A DNA stretch of 64,000 bases from Sedimentisphaerales bacterium (GCA_963663805.2 CAXXMR010000009.1:384001-448000), one strand, 5' to 3'. Positions 19,179 to 29,491 are shown, counted from the stretch's first letter. The notes: generated by a model from the sequence alone, not told the origin. Made by a program: numbers and translations.

Positions 19179-20576
19179 ATGAAACCTTTGTTGTTGGATG
19201 AGATTAAGCGGGTTATGCGGGCGGAGGCTCGTACTGAGCTGGGACGTGAGCCGGTTACGGGGGTGCGGATTGATTCGCGGCAGGTTGTGAAGGGTGATTT
19301 GTTTTTTGCGATTCGGGGTGAGAATTTCGACGGGCATGATTTCGTGGACCAGGCGGTGCGGGCAGGGGGACGGGCGGTGGTGGTTGACAGGAATATGCCG
19401 GTTTCGACGGCGGTGAAGGAAACCGGGACCACGGTGTTGAAGGTTGACGATTCGACCGAGGCACTGGGTAAGCTGGCGAAATTCTATCGCGAGAGTCTGG
19501 CCTATTCGCTTACGGTTATCGCGGTGACAGGCAGTAACGGCAAGACAACGACCCGTTCACTGATATATCATGTTTTGAGTAAGAAACATAAAGGTCATCA
19601 GTCGCCGCGAAATTTCAATAATAATATCGGAGTGCCGCTCACGCTTTTAGGGGTCGAGCCGACCGATAGTTTTGCCGTGGTGGAGATTGGTACTAACACG
19701 CCGGGTGAGGTGGCTTATCTTTCCGGGATATGTGAGCCTGATATCGCGGTGATAACGCATGTCGGGCCGGCGCATCTGGAAGGACTGGGCGATATCGAGG
19801 GAGTGTCGGTTGAGAAAGTGTCGATCGCGGCGGGTTTGAAGGAACGGGGTGTGCTGGTTTGCGGGATGGGGCATGAGGCAACGCTGGAGCGGGTTCGGGC
19901 GCTGGGTCGGCCTTTGATTACTTTCGGTGTGGAGGATGGGGCCGATGTGGGGGCGACGAAAGTTGAGCAGCGGCACGGTTCGGTTAAGTTTTTGACGAAT
20001 GACCGCTGTGAAGTGACGCTGCCGCTGGCCGGGGTGCATAATGTCAATAACGCATTGGCGGCGTTGGCGGCGGTGCGGCGCCTGGGGGTTAGCAGTAAGG
20101 AGTTCGCCGCAGCCTTGACGGATTATGTGCCGGTGGCGGGGCGAATGGTTTATCATAATTTCAATGGGATAACGGTAATCGACGATACATATAATGCCAA
20201 TCCGGCGAGTATGGAAGCGGCGCTGGCTGAACTGCTCAGCCACGGCGGGGCGGGACGGCGGATATTTATCTGTGGCGATATGGGCGAGCTGGGCGAAAAA
20301 AGCGAAGAATATCATTGCGAGTTCGGCAAGCGAGTGGCACGGTCGAGTGTAGATGTGTTTATGACAGTGGGGCCGCTGGCGGCGGGGGCGGCTAACGCGG
20401 CACTTGAAGCGGGGATGGGACGTGGTGATGTACAGCGGGCGGTCAGCAGCAAGCGGCTGGCACGGTTGGTCAAGGCTTCGATTCGCAGCGGTGATGTGAT
20501 TGTGGTCAAAGGCTCACGGGCAATGGCAATGGAAAAGGTGGTTGAATCGTTGAGCCGGTTTAAGGCTGCTCGCTGA
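19179..20576 (+). CDS. murF: UDP-N-acetylmuramoyl-tripeptide--D-alanyl-D-alanine ligase
   Basis: GENFDGHDF, VTGSNGKTTT, NFNNNIGVPLTL, DDTYNANPASM, GDMGELG, VKGSR. Confidence 0.95.
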   Translation: MKPLLLDEIKRVMRAEARTELGREPVTGVRIDSRQVVKGDLFFAIRGENFDGHDFVDQAVRAGGRAVVVDRNMPVSTAVKETGTTVLKVDDSTEALGKLAKFYRESLAYSLTVIAVTGSNGKTTTRSLIYHVLSKKHKGHQSPRNFNNNIGVPLTLLGVEPTDSFAVVEIGTNTPGEVAYLSGICEPDIAVITHVGPAHLEGLGDIEGVSVEKVSIAAGLKERGVLVCGMGHEATLERVRALGRPLITFGVEDGADVGATKVEQRHGSVKFLTNDRCEVTLPLAGVHNVNNALAALAAVRRLGVSSKEFAAALTDYVPVAGRMVYHNFNGITVIDDTYNANPASMEAALAELLSHGGAGRRIFICGDMGELGEKSEEYHCEFGKRVARSSVDVFMTVGPLAAGAANAALEAGMGRGDVQRAVSSKRLARLVKASIRSGDVIVVKGSRAMAMEKVVESLSRFKAAR

Positions 20577-20613
20577 TAAATTAAAAGAATTCCGACTGGG
20601 ATGTTGAGTTGAT

Positions 20614-21786
20614 ATGCTATATTGGCTGTTGAATACATATAAAGATTTTCTGCACGATACACTGCATTTTTACGCGTGGAGCGAGGTTTCGTTTCGGGCG
20701 GTGATGGCGGTTTTGACGAGTCTGCTAATCTCTCTGTGGTGGGGGCCGCGGATTATTCGCTGGTTGATAAAGAAGAAGGTCGGTGATGTGCCGGAGTTTG
20801 ACCATAAGGACCTTAACGAACTGACGCGGCATAAGGCCAATACCCCGACGATGGGCGGCTTGATAATTCTGGCCGGCGTGATAATCAGTACGCTGCTGTG
20901 GGCGGATTTGAGTAATAATTTTGTGAAGAAGGGGATCTTTCTGCTGGTTTGGCTGGGCTGTGTGGGGGGGGTGGACGACTGGCTGAAACTGACGGCGAAG
21001 ATTAAACATCGCAGTCGCGACGGCCTGCATACCTACGAAAAGCTGCTGTTTCAGATTGGTTTGTGCGTTATGCTGGCGGTATTTCTTTATCATACCGACT
21101 TCGCCAATATCGAAGATGGACGGCGGTTGTGGCTGCCGTTTTATAAGCAGGGTTTCGAGCTGGGTTGGTTTTTGTTTTCGATAATGACGGTGCTGGTGAT
21201 AACCGGGGCCAGCAATGCGGTTAATCTGACCGACGGTATGGACGGGTTAGCGGCAGGGTGTATGGCGACAGTAAGTGCGGTTTTTGTGGTTTTGTGCTAC
21301 CTGGCCAGCGAGACGATGTCGGTCAGTTGGATCGAGACAGCTGGCGAGATGGAGATCGTACGCAAGACCTGGGCCAGTTCGCTCTTGCTGCCGCAGATAA
21401 ACGGGGCGGGAGAGCTGGCTATAATGTGCGCGGCGATATTTGGGGCGTGCCTGGCGTTTTTGTGGTTCAATTGTCATCCCGCCCAGGTGTTTATGGGGGA
21501 TATGGGTTCGCTGCCTCTGGGTGGGGCGATTGGATACGCGGCGGTGGTTACCCGGCATGAGCTTTTACTGCTGCTTATCGGCGGGGTGTTTGTGATGGAA
21601 GCGGCCAGTGTGATGCTGCAAGTGGGATATTTCCGGTTCAGCGGCGGCAAACGCATATTCCGTTGTGCGCCGATACATCATCATTTTCATTTGCTGGGCT
21701 GGTCCGAGCCGCAGGTGGTTATTAGATTCTGGCTGATAGGCATCGCCTGTGCGGCGCTGGCACTGGCGACTTTGAAATTAAGATAG
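20614..21786 (+). CDS. mraY: Phospho-N-acetylmuramoyl-pentapeptide transferase
   Basis: K.NTPTMGG, DDWLK, SNAVNLTDGMDGL, VFMGD.GSL.LG, APIHHHF. Confidence 0.95.
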   Translation: MLYWLLNTYKDFLHDTLHFYAWSEVSFRAVMAVLTSLLISLWWGPRIIRWLIKKKVGDVPEFDHKDLNELTRHKANTPTMGGLIILAGVIISTLLWADLSNNFVKKGIFLLVWLGCVGGVDDWLKLTAKIKHRSRDGLHTYEKLLFQIGLCVMLAVFLYHTDFANIEDGRRLWLPFYKQGFELGWFLFSIMTVLVITGASNAVNLTDGMDGLAAGCMATVSAVFVVLCYLASETMSVSWIETAGEMEIVRKTWASSLLLPQINGAGELAIMCAAIFGACLAFLWFNCHPAQVFMGDMGSLPLGGAIGYAAVVTRHELLLLLIGGVFVMEAASVMLQVGYFRFSGGKRIFRCAPIHHHFHLLGWSEPQVVIRFWLIGIACAALALATLKLR

Positions 21787-21811
21787 TGCGTTCAAATATA
21801 GATGGTTTTGC

Positions 21812-23020
21812 ATGACTGAGGACAGGGACATTCGCCGTGGGGTTGGCGCTGTGGGCACTACGCTGCTGATGATTGTCAGCGGGTTGTTGTGCCTGGGCGC
21901 GCTGATGGTTTATTCTGCTGGCGCTACGGTTATGCAGGAGGTGGACTGGCTGGAATTCTGGCGATACACAACGGGTCGGCGGGTAGCGATGGTGCCGGTG
22001 GTTTGGTTGGTTCTGGCCATTGTCAGTCATTTGAATTATCGTCGCTTTGTGATAAACGAGCGGTATTTTGGCTGGTCGCCGGCGTTGTGGTTTATGATTG
22101 TTTCTTTGATAATGCTGGGGGCGGTTTTGATACCGGGGGTTGGTACTGAAGTTAATGCCTCGCGCCGGTGGCTCAAGTTTGGGCCGGCGGAATATGGCTT
22201 GACGATTCAGCCTTCGGAGCTGGCTAAGTGGACGGTGGTGATGTTTCTGGCGGGGTACTGTTGGCTGACGGGCACGCGGATGCGGGAATTCAAACGGGGG
22301 TTTGTGCTGCCGATGGGCGTGCTGGTTACGGTGGTCGGGCTTATTGGGGTTGAGGATTTTGGCACGGCGGCACTGGTAGGGGCGGTGGGTATGATGGTGC
22401 TGCTGGTAGGTGGGATGCGCTGGTGGTATCCGCTGCTGCTGCTGCCTTTGGCGGGGTTGGCGTTTTATTTTATGGTTTATTGTAATGCTTATCGCTGGGA
22501 TCGGGTGCGGGCGTTTTTGCATAATGAAGAAACTGCCCAGGCGGGTGAGCAAGAGCCGGCCAGCGTTTATCATTTGCGGCAATCGAAGATGGCATTGGGC
22601 AGTGGCGGTTTGTGGGGCGTTGGGCTCGGTAAGGGTAAGGTTAAGCTGGGGTATCTGCCGGAAGATACGACGGATTTTGTGTTCGCGGTGATCGGTGAGG
22701 AGCTGGGACTGGCTGGCTGTGCCCTGGTTATCGGTTTGTATATGGGGCTGATGGTTTGCAGTATGGTAATTGTGCATCGAGCCCGGGACCGATTGGGAAT
22801 GCTGCTGGCGATAGGGATTTCAGCGACGATGGGCGCTCAGGCGGTGATGAATCTTATGGTCGTGACCGGATTGGCGCCAACCAAAGGCATCGCTCTGCCG
22901 TTTGTGAGCGCGGGCGGTTCAGGTTTGATGCTGACGGCAATTTCAGCGGGAGTGCTTATTAATATCGCCCGGAGTGAGGAGAAGGCAGGCAAGAGGCAAG
23001 AGGCAGGAGGTGAGATTTAA
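21812..23020 (+). CDS. ftsW: SEDS family peptidoglycan glycosyltransferase FtsW
   Basis: RRW...IQPSELAK, LPED.TDFVFAVIGEELG, PTKGIALPFVSAGGS; located in the dcw cluster. Confidence 0.9.
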   Translation: MTEDRDIRRGVGAVGTTLLMIVSGLLCLGALMVYSAGATVMQEVDWLEFWRYTTGRRVAMVPVVWLVLAIVSHLNYRRFVINERYFGWSPALWFMIVSLIMLGAVLIPGVGTEVNASRRWLKFGPAEYGLTIQPSELAKWTVVMFLAGYCWLTGTRMREFKRGFVLPMGVLVTVVGLIGVEDFGTAALVGAVGMMVLLVGGMRWWYPLLLLPLAGLAFYFMVYCNAYRWDRVRAFLHNEETAQAGEQEPASVYHLRQSKMALGSGGLWGVGLGKGKVKLGYLPEDTTDFVFAVIGEELGLAGCALVIGLYMGLMVCSMVIVHRARDRLGMLLAIGISATMGAQAVMNLMVVTGLAPTKGIALPFVSAGGSGLMLTAISAGVLINIARSEEKAGKRQEAGGEI

Positions 23021-23172
23021 CGGCTTGGTGCCGCCTCTAGCGGAGCTTTTTTATTTAACGACAACAGCGTGGTTTCGGCCTTTGGCCGGGATTTGAACAA
23101 TTAACGGCGAGGTGCCGACCTTTGGTCGGATTATTTTAATTAACGGCACCGCTTACTTACGTGCGCGGCTCT
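22983..23172 (+). repeat. Modular REP-like repeat, copy B (heptamers + three hairpin units + CCGCTTAC unit)
   Basis: Hairpin units at 23019, 23063 and 23103; CCGCTTACTTACGTGCGCGGCTC at 23149. Confidence 0.8.
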
Positions 23173-23230
23173 GATTTAATGACTAGTATGTGCTTTGGTT
23201 AAGCAATGTTTTTTTGTGAAATTAAGATAA

Positions 23231-24400
23231 ATGGTTAAACGCATAATAATGGCCGGGGGCGGCAGCGGCGGGCATATCTGCCCGGGGTTGGCGGTTGCGC
23301 AGGAAGTGGTTAAACGCGGGGGTGAAGTGGTTTTTGTTTGTACCGAGCGGACTATCGATGAGAAGATTTTGGGCGGGTCGCCTTATGAATATGTCAAGCA
23401 GCCGGTGGTGCCTATGCCGCGGCGGGTGGGTGATGTCTGGAAATTTTATCGCTACTGGAAAGAAAGTGTGCGGATTTGTCGGGAGGTATTGGGGGACGGG
23501 AAGTCTGCGGCAGTGTTGGGCCTGGGCGGGTTTGCTTCGGGGCCGATGCTAAAGACGGCGGCAAAAATGCGGGTTCCGATTGGGATGCTGAACCCGGACG
23601 CGGTGCCGGGCAAGGCTAATCGGCTGGGCTGTCGGTATGCGAATAAGATTTTTGTGCAGTGGCAGGAGAGTCAGCATTATTTCAAACGTTACGGCGATAA
23701 GGTCGTCGTGACCGGCTGTCCGATACGCGCGGAAATCGCTCAGGCGAAATACAGTCGTCAGGAAGCCCGCAAGGAGTTGGGGCTTAAAGAAAAGCTGCGT
23801 ACGCTGGTGGTGGTGGGTGGTTCGCTGGGCGGTCATAATGTTAATCTGGCGGTGGCTGAGGCGTTGGCGGGTTCCGGTGCGGTCGAGCTGGACGGGTGGC
23901 AGGTGCTGCATATTACCGGGGCGGATGATGGTGAGTGGGTGCGGCAGCGATATGAGAAATCGCAGGTTCCGGCTGCGGTGGTGGCGTTTTCAGATAGGAT
24001 GGACCTGGTACTTTCAGCGGCGGAGCTGGTAATCGGCCGGGCGGGCGCTTCGACCTTGGCGGAACTTACAGCGCGTGAAGTGCCGAGTATTTTGCTGCCT
24101 TATCCATATCATAAGGACCAGCATCAGTTGATAAACGCCAGTGTGCTGAGCGATGTTCAGGCAGCGCTGATTGTGGCGGATAGTTGTGACGCGGTTAAAA
24201 CGGCTAAGGCTTTGAGGGAGGCATTGTGCGATTGTCTCTCGGCCCGGAGGAAACAGGATGAGGGGGATGAGGAAGTTTTGGCAGAAAAATTGACAGATGA
24301 GTCCCAATTGGAGATGATGTCCGAGGCGGCAAGGGGATTGGGCCGACCTGAAGCGGCAACAACGGTGGCGGACGAGTTGATGCAACTTGTTTATGGATAA
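23231..24400 (+). CDS. murG: Undecaprenyldiphospho-muramoylpentapeptide beta-N-acetylglucosaminyltransferase
   Basis: AGGGSGGHI.PG, GLGGFAS.P, TGCPIR, GGSLG, RAGAST.AE, HQ..NA. Confidence 0.95.
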   Translation: MVKRIIMAGGGSGGHICPGLAVAQEVVKRGGEVVFVCTERTIDEKILGGSPYEYVKQPVVPMPRRVGDVWKFYRYWKESVRICREVLGDGKSAAVLGLGGFASGPMLKTAAKMRVPIGMLNPDAVPGKANRLGCRYANKIFVQWQESQHYFKRYGDKVVVTGCPIRAEIAQAKYSRQEARKELGLKEKLRTLVVVGGSLGGHNVNLAVAEALAGSGAVELDGWQVLHITGADDGEWVRQRYEKSQVPAAVVAFSDRMDLVLSAAELVIGRAGASTLAELTAREVPSILLPYPYHKDQHQLINASVLSDVQAALIVADSCDAVKTAKALREALCDCLSARRKQDEGDEEVLAEKLTDESQLEMMSEAARGLGRPEAATTVADELMQLVYG

Positions 24401-24438
24401 GGAATTGAGGATTTTTGAGGGGATGGAGCAGGGATGTG

Positions 24439-25893
24439 ATGCAGCGTAGTGTAAAAAGAGAAACAGCCGTGGCGAAAGCTTGGGCCTGGCTGGGCGGCGG
24501 GAATAAAGTTGTGGCTAAGACCTTGAATTATCATTTTGTAGGAATCGGCGGCTGTGGGATGAGCGGTCTGGCTCAGGTTCTGGCCCAGGCCGGGCAGGGT
24601 GTCAGTGGCAGTGATATGACTGATTCGGCGGTGGTTGGTCGGTTGCGGGACATGGGGGTTTCGGTGGGGATCGGGCACGGCCTTGAAAATCTGCCGGAGC
24701 GGGTTGATAAGCTGGTGGTCTCGGCGGCGATCAAGGCGGATAATCCGGAATTTAAGTGGGCCCTGGAGCGGGGGATTAAGGTTTACAAATATGCGGAGCT
24801 GCTGGGCGAGCTGAGCGGGCAGATGATGACGCTGGCGGTCGCGGGCACGCACGGCAAGAGTACGACCAGCGGCTGGCTGGGGTATGTCTTGCAGCAGGCG
24901 GGTGCCGAGCCGAGTTATGTTATTGGGGCAGAGGTTGAGCAGTTGGGCGGGGGCAGTGGTGCGGGGGCCGGCGAGCATCTGGTGGTTGAGGCGTGTGAGT
25001 ATGACCGTTCGTTTTTGAATTTGCAGCCCGCGGTGGCGGTGCTGTTAAATATAGAAGCGGACCATCTGGATTATTACTCGGATTTGGCGGAGATCATCGG
25101 GGCGTTCAAGGATTTCGCTGATTGTACGCGTCAAGACGGGCTGGTGGTGGCTAACGCTGACGACGCAAATGTGGTAGCGGCACTGGCGGAGTACAAAGGT
25201 AAGGTCGAGACGTTCGCTTTGAAGGTGGGGGCGGATTGGGAAGCCCGGAATCTGGAATATGTACGCGGGGCGGGGCGGTATGATTTGGTGTATAAAGGTG
25301 ATTTGCTGGGGCGGGTTGAACTGACCTTGCCGGGCGAGCATAATGTCTATAACTCGCTGGCGACAGCGGCGGCGGCTTACGCGGCGGGGGTGGAGAGGCA
25401 GGCTCTGATAAGCGGTTTGGCTGGCTATCGTGGAGCGGGGCGGCGGATGACACATGTGGCGACGGTGAACGGGGTGGTCGTTATGGACGATTACGCTCAT
25501 CATCCGACGGAGATTCGGGCCAGCCTGCGGGCGATGCGGGACGCTTATGAGCCGGGTCGGTTGTGGTGCGTTTTTCAGCCGCATCAGTACAGCCGGACGC
25601 GATTTTTCCTGAATGAATTTGCTTTAAGTTTCGGTACAGCCGATGTAATATTATTGCCGGAGATTTATTTCGTCCGGGACAGCGAGGCTTTGCGGCAGGA
25701 AGTGAACGCCCAGAAGCTGGCTGAGCAGATTGTGTTGCAGGGCGGCGACGCGCGATATATGGGCAGTTTTGACGAAATTGCCGATACGATATATAATGAG
25801 GTTGAGGCCGGGGATATGGTAGTGACAATGGGGGCTGGTGACATCTGGAAACTTGGTGATGAAATTATTCGCAGGCTTGAACGACATAGTTAA
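24439..25893 (+). CDS. murC: UDP-N-acetylmuramate--L-alanine ligase
   Basis: HFVGIGGCGMSGLA, AGTHGKSTT, EACEYDRSF, DHLDYY, DDYAHHPTEI, FQPH.YSRT. The start codon is uncertain. Confidence 0.95.
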   Translation: MQRSVKRETAVAKAWAWLGGGNKVVAKTLNYHFVGIGGCGMSGLAQVLAQAGQGVSGSDMTDSAVVGRLRDMGVSVGIGHGLENLPERVDKLVVSAAIKADNPEFKWALERGIKVYKYAELLGELSGQMMTLAVAGTHGKSTTSGWLGYVLQQAGAEPSYVIGAEVEQLGGGSGAGAGEHLVVEACEYDRSFLNLQPAVAVLLNIEADHLDYYSDLAEIIGAFKDFADCTRQDGLVVANADDANVVAALAEYKGKVETFALKVGADWEARNLEYVRGAGRYDLVYKGDLLGRVELTLPGEHNVYNSLATAAAAYAAGVERQALISGLAGYRGAGRRMTHVATVNGVVVMDDYAHHPTEIRASLRAMRDAYEPGRLWCVFQPHQYSRTRFFLNEFALSFGTADVILLPEIYFVRDSEALRQEVNAQKLAEQIVLQGGDARYMGSFDEIADTIYNEVEAGDMVVTMGAGDIWKLGDEIIRRLERHS

Positions 25894-26740
25894 ATACAAA
25901 GAACCGCTTTCGGAGCATACCTGGTTCAAACTGGGTGGGCCAGCAAAGTATTTTATTGAACCACGCAGTATGGAAGAGCTGGTGGACGTGGTTAAACGTT
26001 GCCACGAAAACTCAGTGCGGGTTTATGTGCTGGGCAAGGGTTCGAATATTCTGGTCGCCGACGAAGGTGTCGATGGTGCGGTGATACGTCTTTCGCAGAA
26101 GGCTTTTTGTAAAATTACTATCGATGACAATAAGGTGACGGTGGCTGCGGGGGTGGCTTTGAGTCAGTTGATGCGTGAATGTGCCCGGGCGGGGCTGAGC
26201 GGGCTGGAATGTATGGCCGGAATTCCGGGCTGTCTGGGCGGGGCTTTGCGGATAAACGCTGGCGGGCGGTTTGGCGATATTGGCAGTGTCACACAGTCGG
26301 TCAAGATGATGGATACCAGCGGTTTTGAGCTGGAACGCCATCGCAGCGATTTGTACTTTGGCTATCGTGAAACGAATATTTCAGAGCTCTTTATTACCGA
26401 GGCAACGCTGGAACTGGTGCCGGAAGACCCGGAGCGGATCGGCCGTTCGATTAAGGAAGTGTGGGTTATTAAGAAAAACTCGCAGCCGATGTACAGTCGC
26501 AACGCTGGTTGCATTTTCAAAAATCCGCGGGCTCTGTCAGCCGGGGCTCTGATAGATAAGGCTGGGCTCAAGGGTACCAAAGTGGGCGGGGCGATGGTGA
26601 GTGATCGGCATGCGAATTTTATTGTGGCTAAGGGCCAGACTAAGGCCGCCGATGTACTCAAGCTGATTGACCAGGTTCGCCAGGCGGTTCAGGAGCGTTT
26701 CGATGTGACGCTGGAGCTTGAGGTGGAAGTCTGGAAATGA
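25859..26740 (+). CDS. murB: UDP-N-acetylenolpyruvoylglucosamine reductase
   Basis: HTWFKLGGPA, LGKGSNILV, GIPG.LGGA...NAG, AGCIFKNP, HANFIV, LELEV. Confidence 0.95.
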   Translation: MKLFAGLNDIVKYKEPLSEHTWFKLGGPAKYFIEPRSMEELVDVVKRCHENSVRVYVLGKGSNILVADEGVDGAVIRLSQKAFCKITIDDNKVTVAAGVALSQLMRECARAGLSGLECMAGIPGCLGGALRINAGGRFGDIGSVTQSVKMMDTSGFELERHRSDLYFGYRETNISELFITEATLELVPEDPERIGRSIKEVWVIKKNSQPMYSRNAGCIFKNPRALSAGALIDKAGLKGTKVGGAMVSDRHANFIVAKGQTKAADVLKLIDQVRQAVQERFDVTLELEVEVWK

Positions 26741-27657
26741 CGCTGCCCAGGGTTTTGGTGTTGATGGGCGGTCCTTCGGCGGAGCGTGAGGTCTCGCTGG
26801 TTAGCGGTGAGGCAGTGGCGCTGGCTCTGGAAGGGGCGGGCTATCCTGTTCTGCGAGGTGATATTTCGCCGGATGATTTGAGTTTGCTGGACGGTGATTT
26901 TGATATGGTTTTTCCGGTGCTGCACGGCCCATTTGGCGAGGATGGCCAGTTGCAGGAGATACTGGAAGAGCGGGGTCTTAAATATGTTGGTTCAGATGCG
27001 ACCGCTTCACGACTGGCGATGGATAAGTATTTGGCAAAAAAGGTGTTCGAGCGGTCGGGGCTGACGGTGCCGCCCGGCGAACTGGTTGATGAAGGGGCTT
27101 CGCGGCATGATATTGAAGCGATATTGGGCAGGCTGGCCGGGCCGTGGGTTATCAAGCCGAATTGCCAGGGAAGCAGTATTGGCATTACCATAACCGGTGA
27201 TGTGGGGGTGGCGTGCGGGGCGATTGAGGCTGCTGTTAAGGATTACGGGCCTTCTCTCGTGGAAACGTGCATAAAAGGGCGTGAATTTACGGTAGGCGTT
27301 CTGGGTTGTGCCCCTTTGCCGCTGGTGGAAATCGTGCCCGCGGAGGGTTTTTATGATTATAAAGCCAAATATCTGGCCGACAGTACCCGGTATGAGTTTG
27401 ATATTGATTTACCTTGTGAATTGATAGGCAAAATGTCTCAGGCGGGGCTTGATGCGTTTAACGCTCTTGGTTGCAGGCATTTAGGGCGGATAGACTTGAT
27501 TTTGGATGGAGCGGGGCGAATTTATGTGCTGGAAGTCAATACTCTGCCGGGTTTTACCGACCATTCACTGGTACCCAAGGCTGCCGGGCGGGCAGGGATG
27601 AGCATGGGGCAAATATGCTCCGCGATTGTACTAATGGCACTTGATCGTCCGATATAG
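26737..27657 (+). CDS. ddl: D-alanine--D-alanine ligase
   Basis: GGPSAEREVSL.SG, LHGPFGEDG, GSSIG, FYDYKAKY, EVNTLPGFT..SL.P. Confidence 0.95.
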   Translation: MTLPRVLVLMGGPSAEREVSLVSGEAVALALEGAGYPVLRGDISPDDLSLLDGDFDMVFPVLHGPFGEDGQLQEILEERGLKYVGSDATASRLAMDKYLAKKVFERSGLTVPPGELVDEGASRHDIEAILGRLAGPWVIKPNCQGSSIGITITGDVGVACGAIEAAVKDYGPSLVETCIKGREFTVGVLGCAPLPLVEIVPAEGFYDYKAKYLADSTRYEFDIDLPCELIGKMSQAGLDAFNALGCRHLGRIDLILDGAGRIYVLEVNTLPGFTDHSLVPKAAGRAGMSMGQICSAIVLMALDRPI

Positions 27658-27662
27658 TGTTT

Positions 27663-28601
27663 ATGGCTCGAAAAAAGAAAAAGAAACAACAAATCGGTAT
27701 AGTTGAGCAGATAGGCGAATTTCTGGATTCAGAACACTGGTCAGCGATGAAGGGTAAACTGGGCAAGTTTCTGCTGGTGATTATCCTGCTGGGCGGGGTT
27801 TGCGGCGGTTTTGCCTTTCTGGATGGTTATGTTCAGCGGGTTGGTCGCCAGCGGGGTACTACACTTACGGTCAAGATGGTTAATCAGCCGTCCTGGGCCA
27901 GTACGGAGCTGGTGCAGCAGGTGTGTTTTTCCACGGGAATTCGCTGTGACGATGACCTGATGAACGATACGCTGACGCAGAACTGGGCCGCTAACCTGCG
28001 GGGTAATCCCTGGGTGCGGCAGGTTAATTTGATTCGCAAGTGTTATGACGGGCTGGTGGAGATTGACTGCGAATTACGTCGGCCGGTAGCGTCGATACGT
28101 CAGCAGAACAAGAGGTATTATCTGGATGCCGAAGGGGTAGTGCTGGAACATCTGCCGCTGGCGGATATTACCGATGCGGGGCACGTGGTGGAGCTTACCG
28201 GGGCGGTGCGGGCTTTGCCGGGAGTGGGCCAGATTGTGCAGGCTGACCAGATCGTGGCGGGTTTGCAGGTCCTGGTGATGATCAAAGAAGTTGACGACCA
28301 TTTGCCGGTGCGGGAAAGACTGTGGTCGGAACTGGCGCTGCTGGATGTGAGTAATTACGAGGGGCGTATCGACCGGGCGGCATCGCATCTGACGATTTAT
28401 ACGCATCACAATACCGAGGTGCGGTGGGGTGCGGCGATTAATCGTTCGAGGCCTTACGCTGAGGCGAGCGAGAAGAACAAACTGATGCAGCTTTATCAAT
28501 CGCACGCGATGTATAATTCACTGGACCAGTTTGAATATGTCGATTTGCGTGATTCGGGTAAGACTAAGTCTGATCCGGTAAAGCATTCTTTGCGGGGTTG
28601 A
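27663..28601 (+). CDS. ftsQ: Cell division protein FtsQ/DivIB-like
   Basis: Basic N-terminus, single TM, POTRA-like NPWVRQV...I....RRPVA; sits immediately after ddl. Confidence 0.7.
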   Translation: MARKKKKKQQIGIVEQIGEFLDSEHWSAMKGKLGKFLLVIILLGGVCGGFAFLDGYVQRVGRQRGTTLTVKMVNQPSWASTELVQQVCFSTGIRCDDDLMNDTLTQNWAANLRGNPWVRQVNLIRKCYDGLVEIDCELRRPVASIRQQNKRYYLDAEGVVLEHLPLADITDAGHVVELTGAVRALPGVGQIVQADQIVAGLQVLVMIKEVDDHLPVRERLWSELALLDVSNYEGRIDRAASHLTIYTHHNTEVRWGAAINRSRPYAEASEKNKLMQLYQSHAMYNSLDQFEYVDLRDSGKTKSDPVKHSLRG

Positions 28602-28724
28602 ATCCGCCGGTTTTCAAAAAGCTATCAATGCCGGAACAAATTGTTCCGAAGCCCCTTTTTTTGCAAAAATATTACGCTGTGGACTTGTACCAAAAATTAT
28701 CAAAAAAAGATATTATAGTATTTT

Positions 28725-29486
28725 CTACGAGAAATAAAGACTTGCACCCTTGACTATCAGGGCTAGGGATGAAATAACCGCCAGACTGGTTACGGTGATC
28801 TTAAATGCGCGGGCGGGGATGCGGTTTACCAGCAGGATGCCGAGTATTCCGCCGGTTATGATGGCGGGCAGCAGGGCCAGGTTGGTTAATAGTGAGGGGA
28901 TGGTTATCAGGCCGAGGCTGCTGCCGAAGGGGAGTTTGAGCAGGTTCATAATGAAGAAATACCAGGCGCGAGTGCCGAGGAACTGCTCTTTGTTGAATCG
29001 CATGGCCAGCAGGTAGATAATCATTACCGGTCCGGCAGCGTTGGCCATCATGGTGGTTATGCCGGCCAGTAGACCCATTGAGGCGGAAAAAGCCCAGTGG
29101 GTGGGGATATGGTCATCGGGAACATGTTTGTTACGCCAGGCGGTCAGCCCCAGTAAGGCAAGTACGACTATACCGATGATGGGCATGAGTTGTTGGCTGT
29201 TGACGATACGCAGCAGGAAAAAACCGATAATTACGCCAGCCAGAGCCCAGGGAATCAGGCGGGCCAGCTGGGACCAGATCGCATGGCGACGCCAGATGAG
29301 GATGGCCATCAGGTCAGCGACACAGAGCATGGGCAACAGAAAACCGACGGATTCCCTGGCCGGGATGACCCAGGCGAGTAGGGGGACTATTAGTATTCCG
29401 CCGCCGGGAATGCCGGTTTTGGAGAAGCCGGCCATTGCAGCACATGTCGCGACGATTATCCAGGCTGTAGTACTGAGTTCGAGCAT
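28725..29486 (-). CDS. Sulfite exporter TauE/SafE family membrane protein
   Basis: GFSKTGIPGG, G.LLPML..AD, GITTMMANAAGP, F.GT.AW.F...NL.KLPF. Confidence 0.85.
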   Translation of the reverse strand: MLELSTTAWIIVATCAAMAGFSKTGIPGGGILIVPLLAWVIPARESVGFLLPMLCVADLMAILIWRRHAIWSQLARLIPWALAGVIIGFFLLRIVNSQQLMPIIGIVVLALLGLTAWRNKHVPDDHIPTHWAFSASMGLLAGITTMMANAAGPVMIIYLLAMRFNKEQFLGTRAWYFFIMNLLKLPFGSSLGLITIPSLLTNLALLPAIITGGILGILLVNRIPARAFKITVTSLAVISSLALIVKGASLYFS

Positions 29487-29491
29487 TTCGT

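Noticed and set aside
22983..23172. Three similar hairpin units at roughly 40-44 bp spacing as a mini CRISPR array
   Set aside because: The units are too divergent, the spacers are short and AT-rich, single units occur elsewhere, and no cas genes are present.
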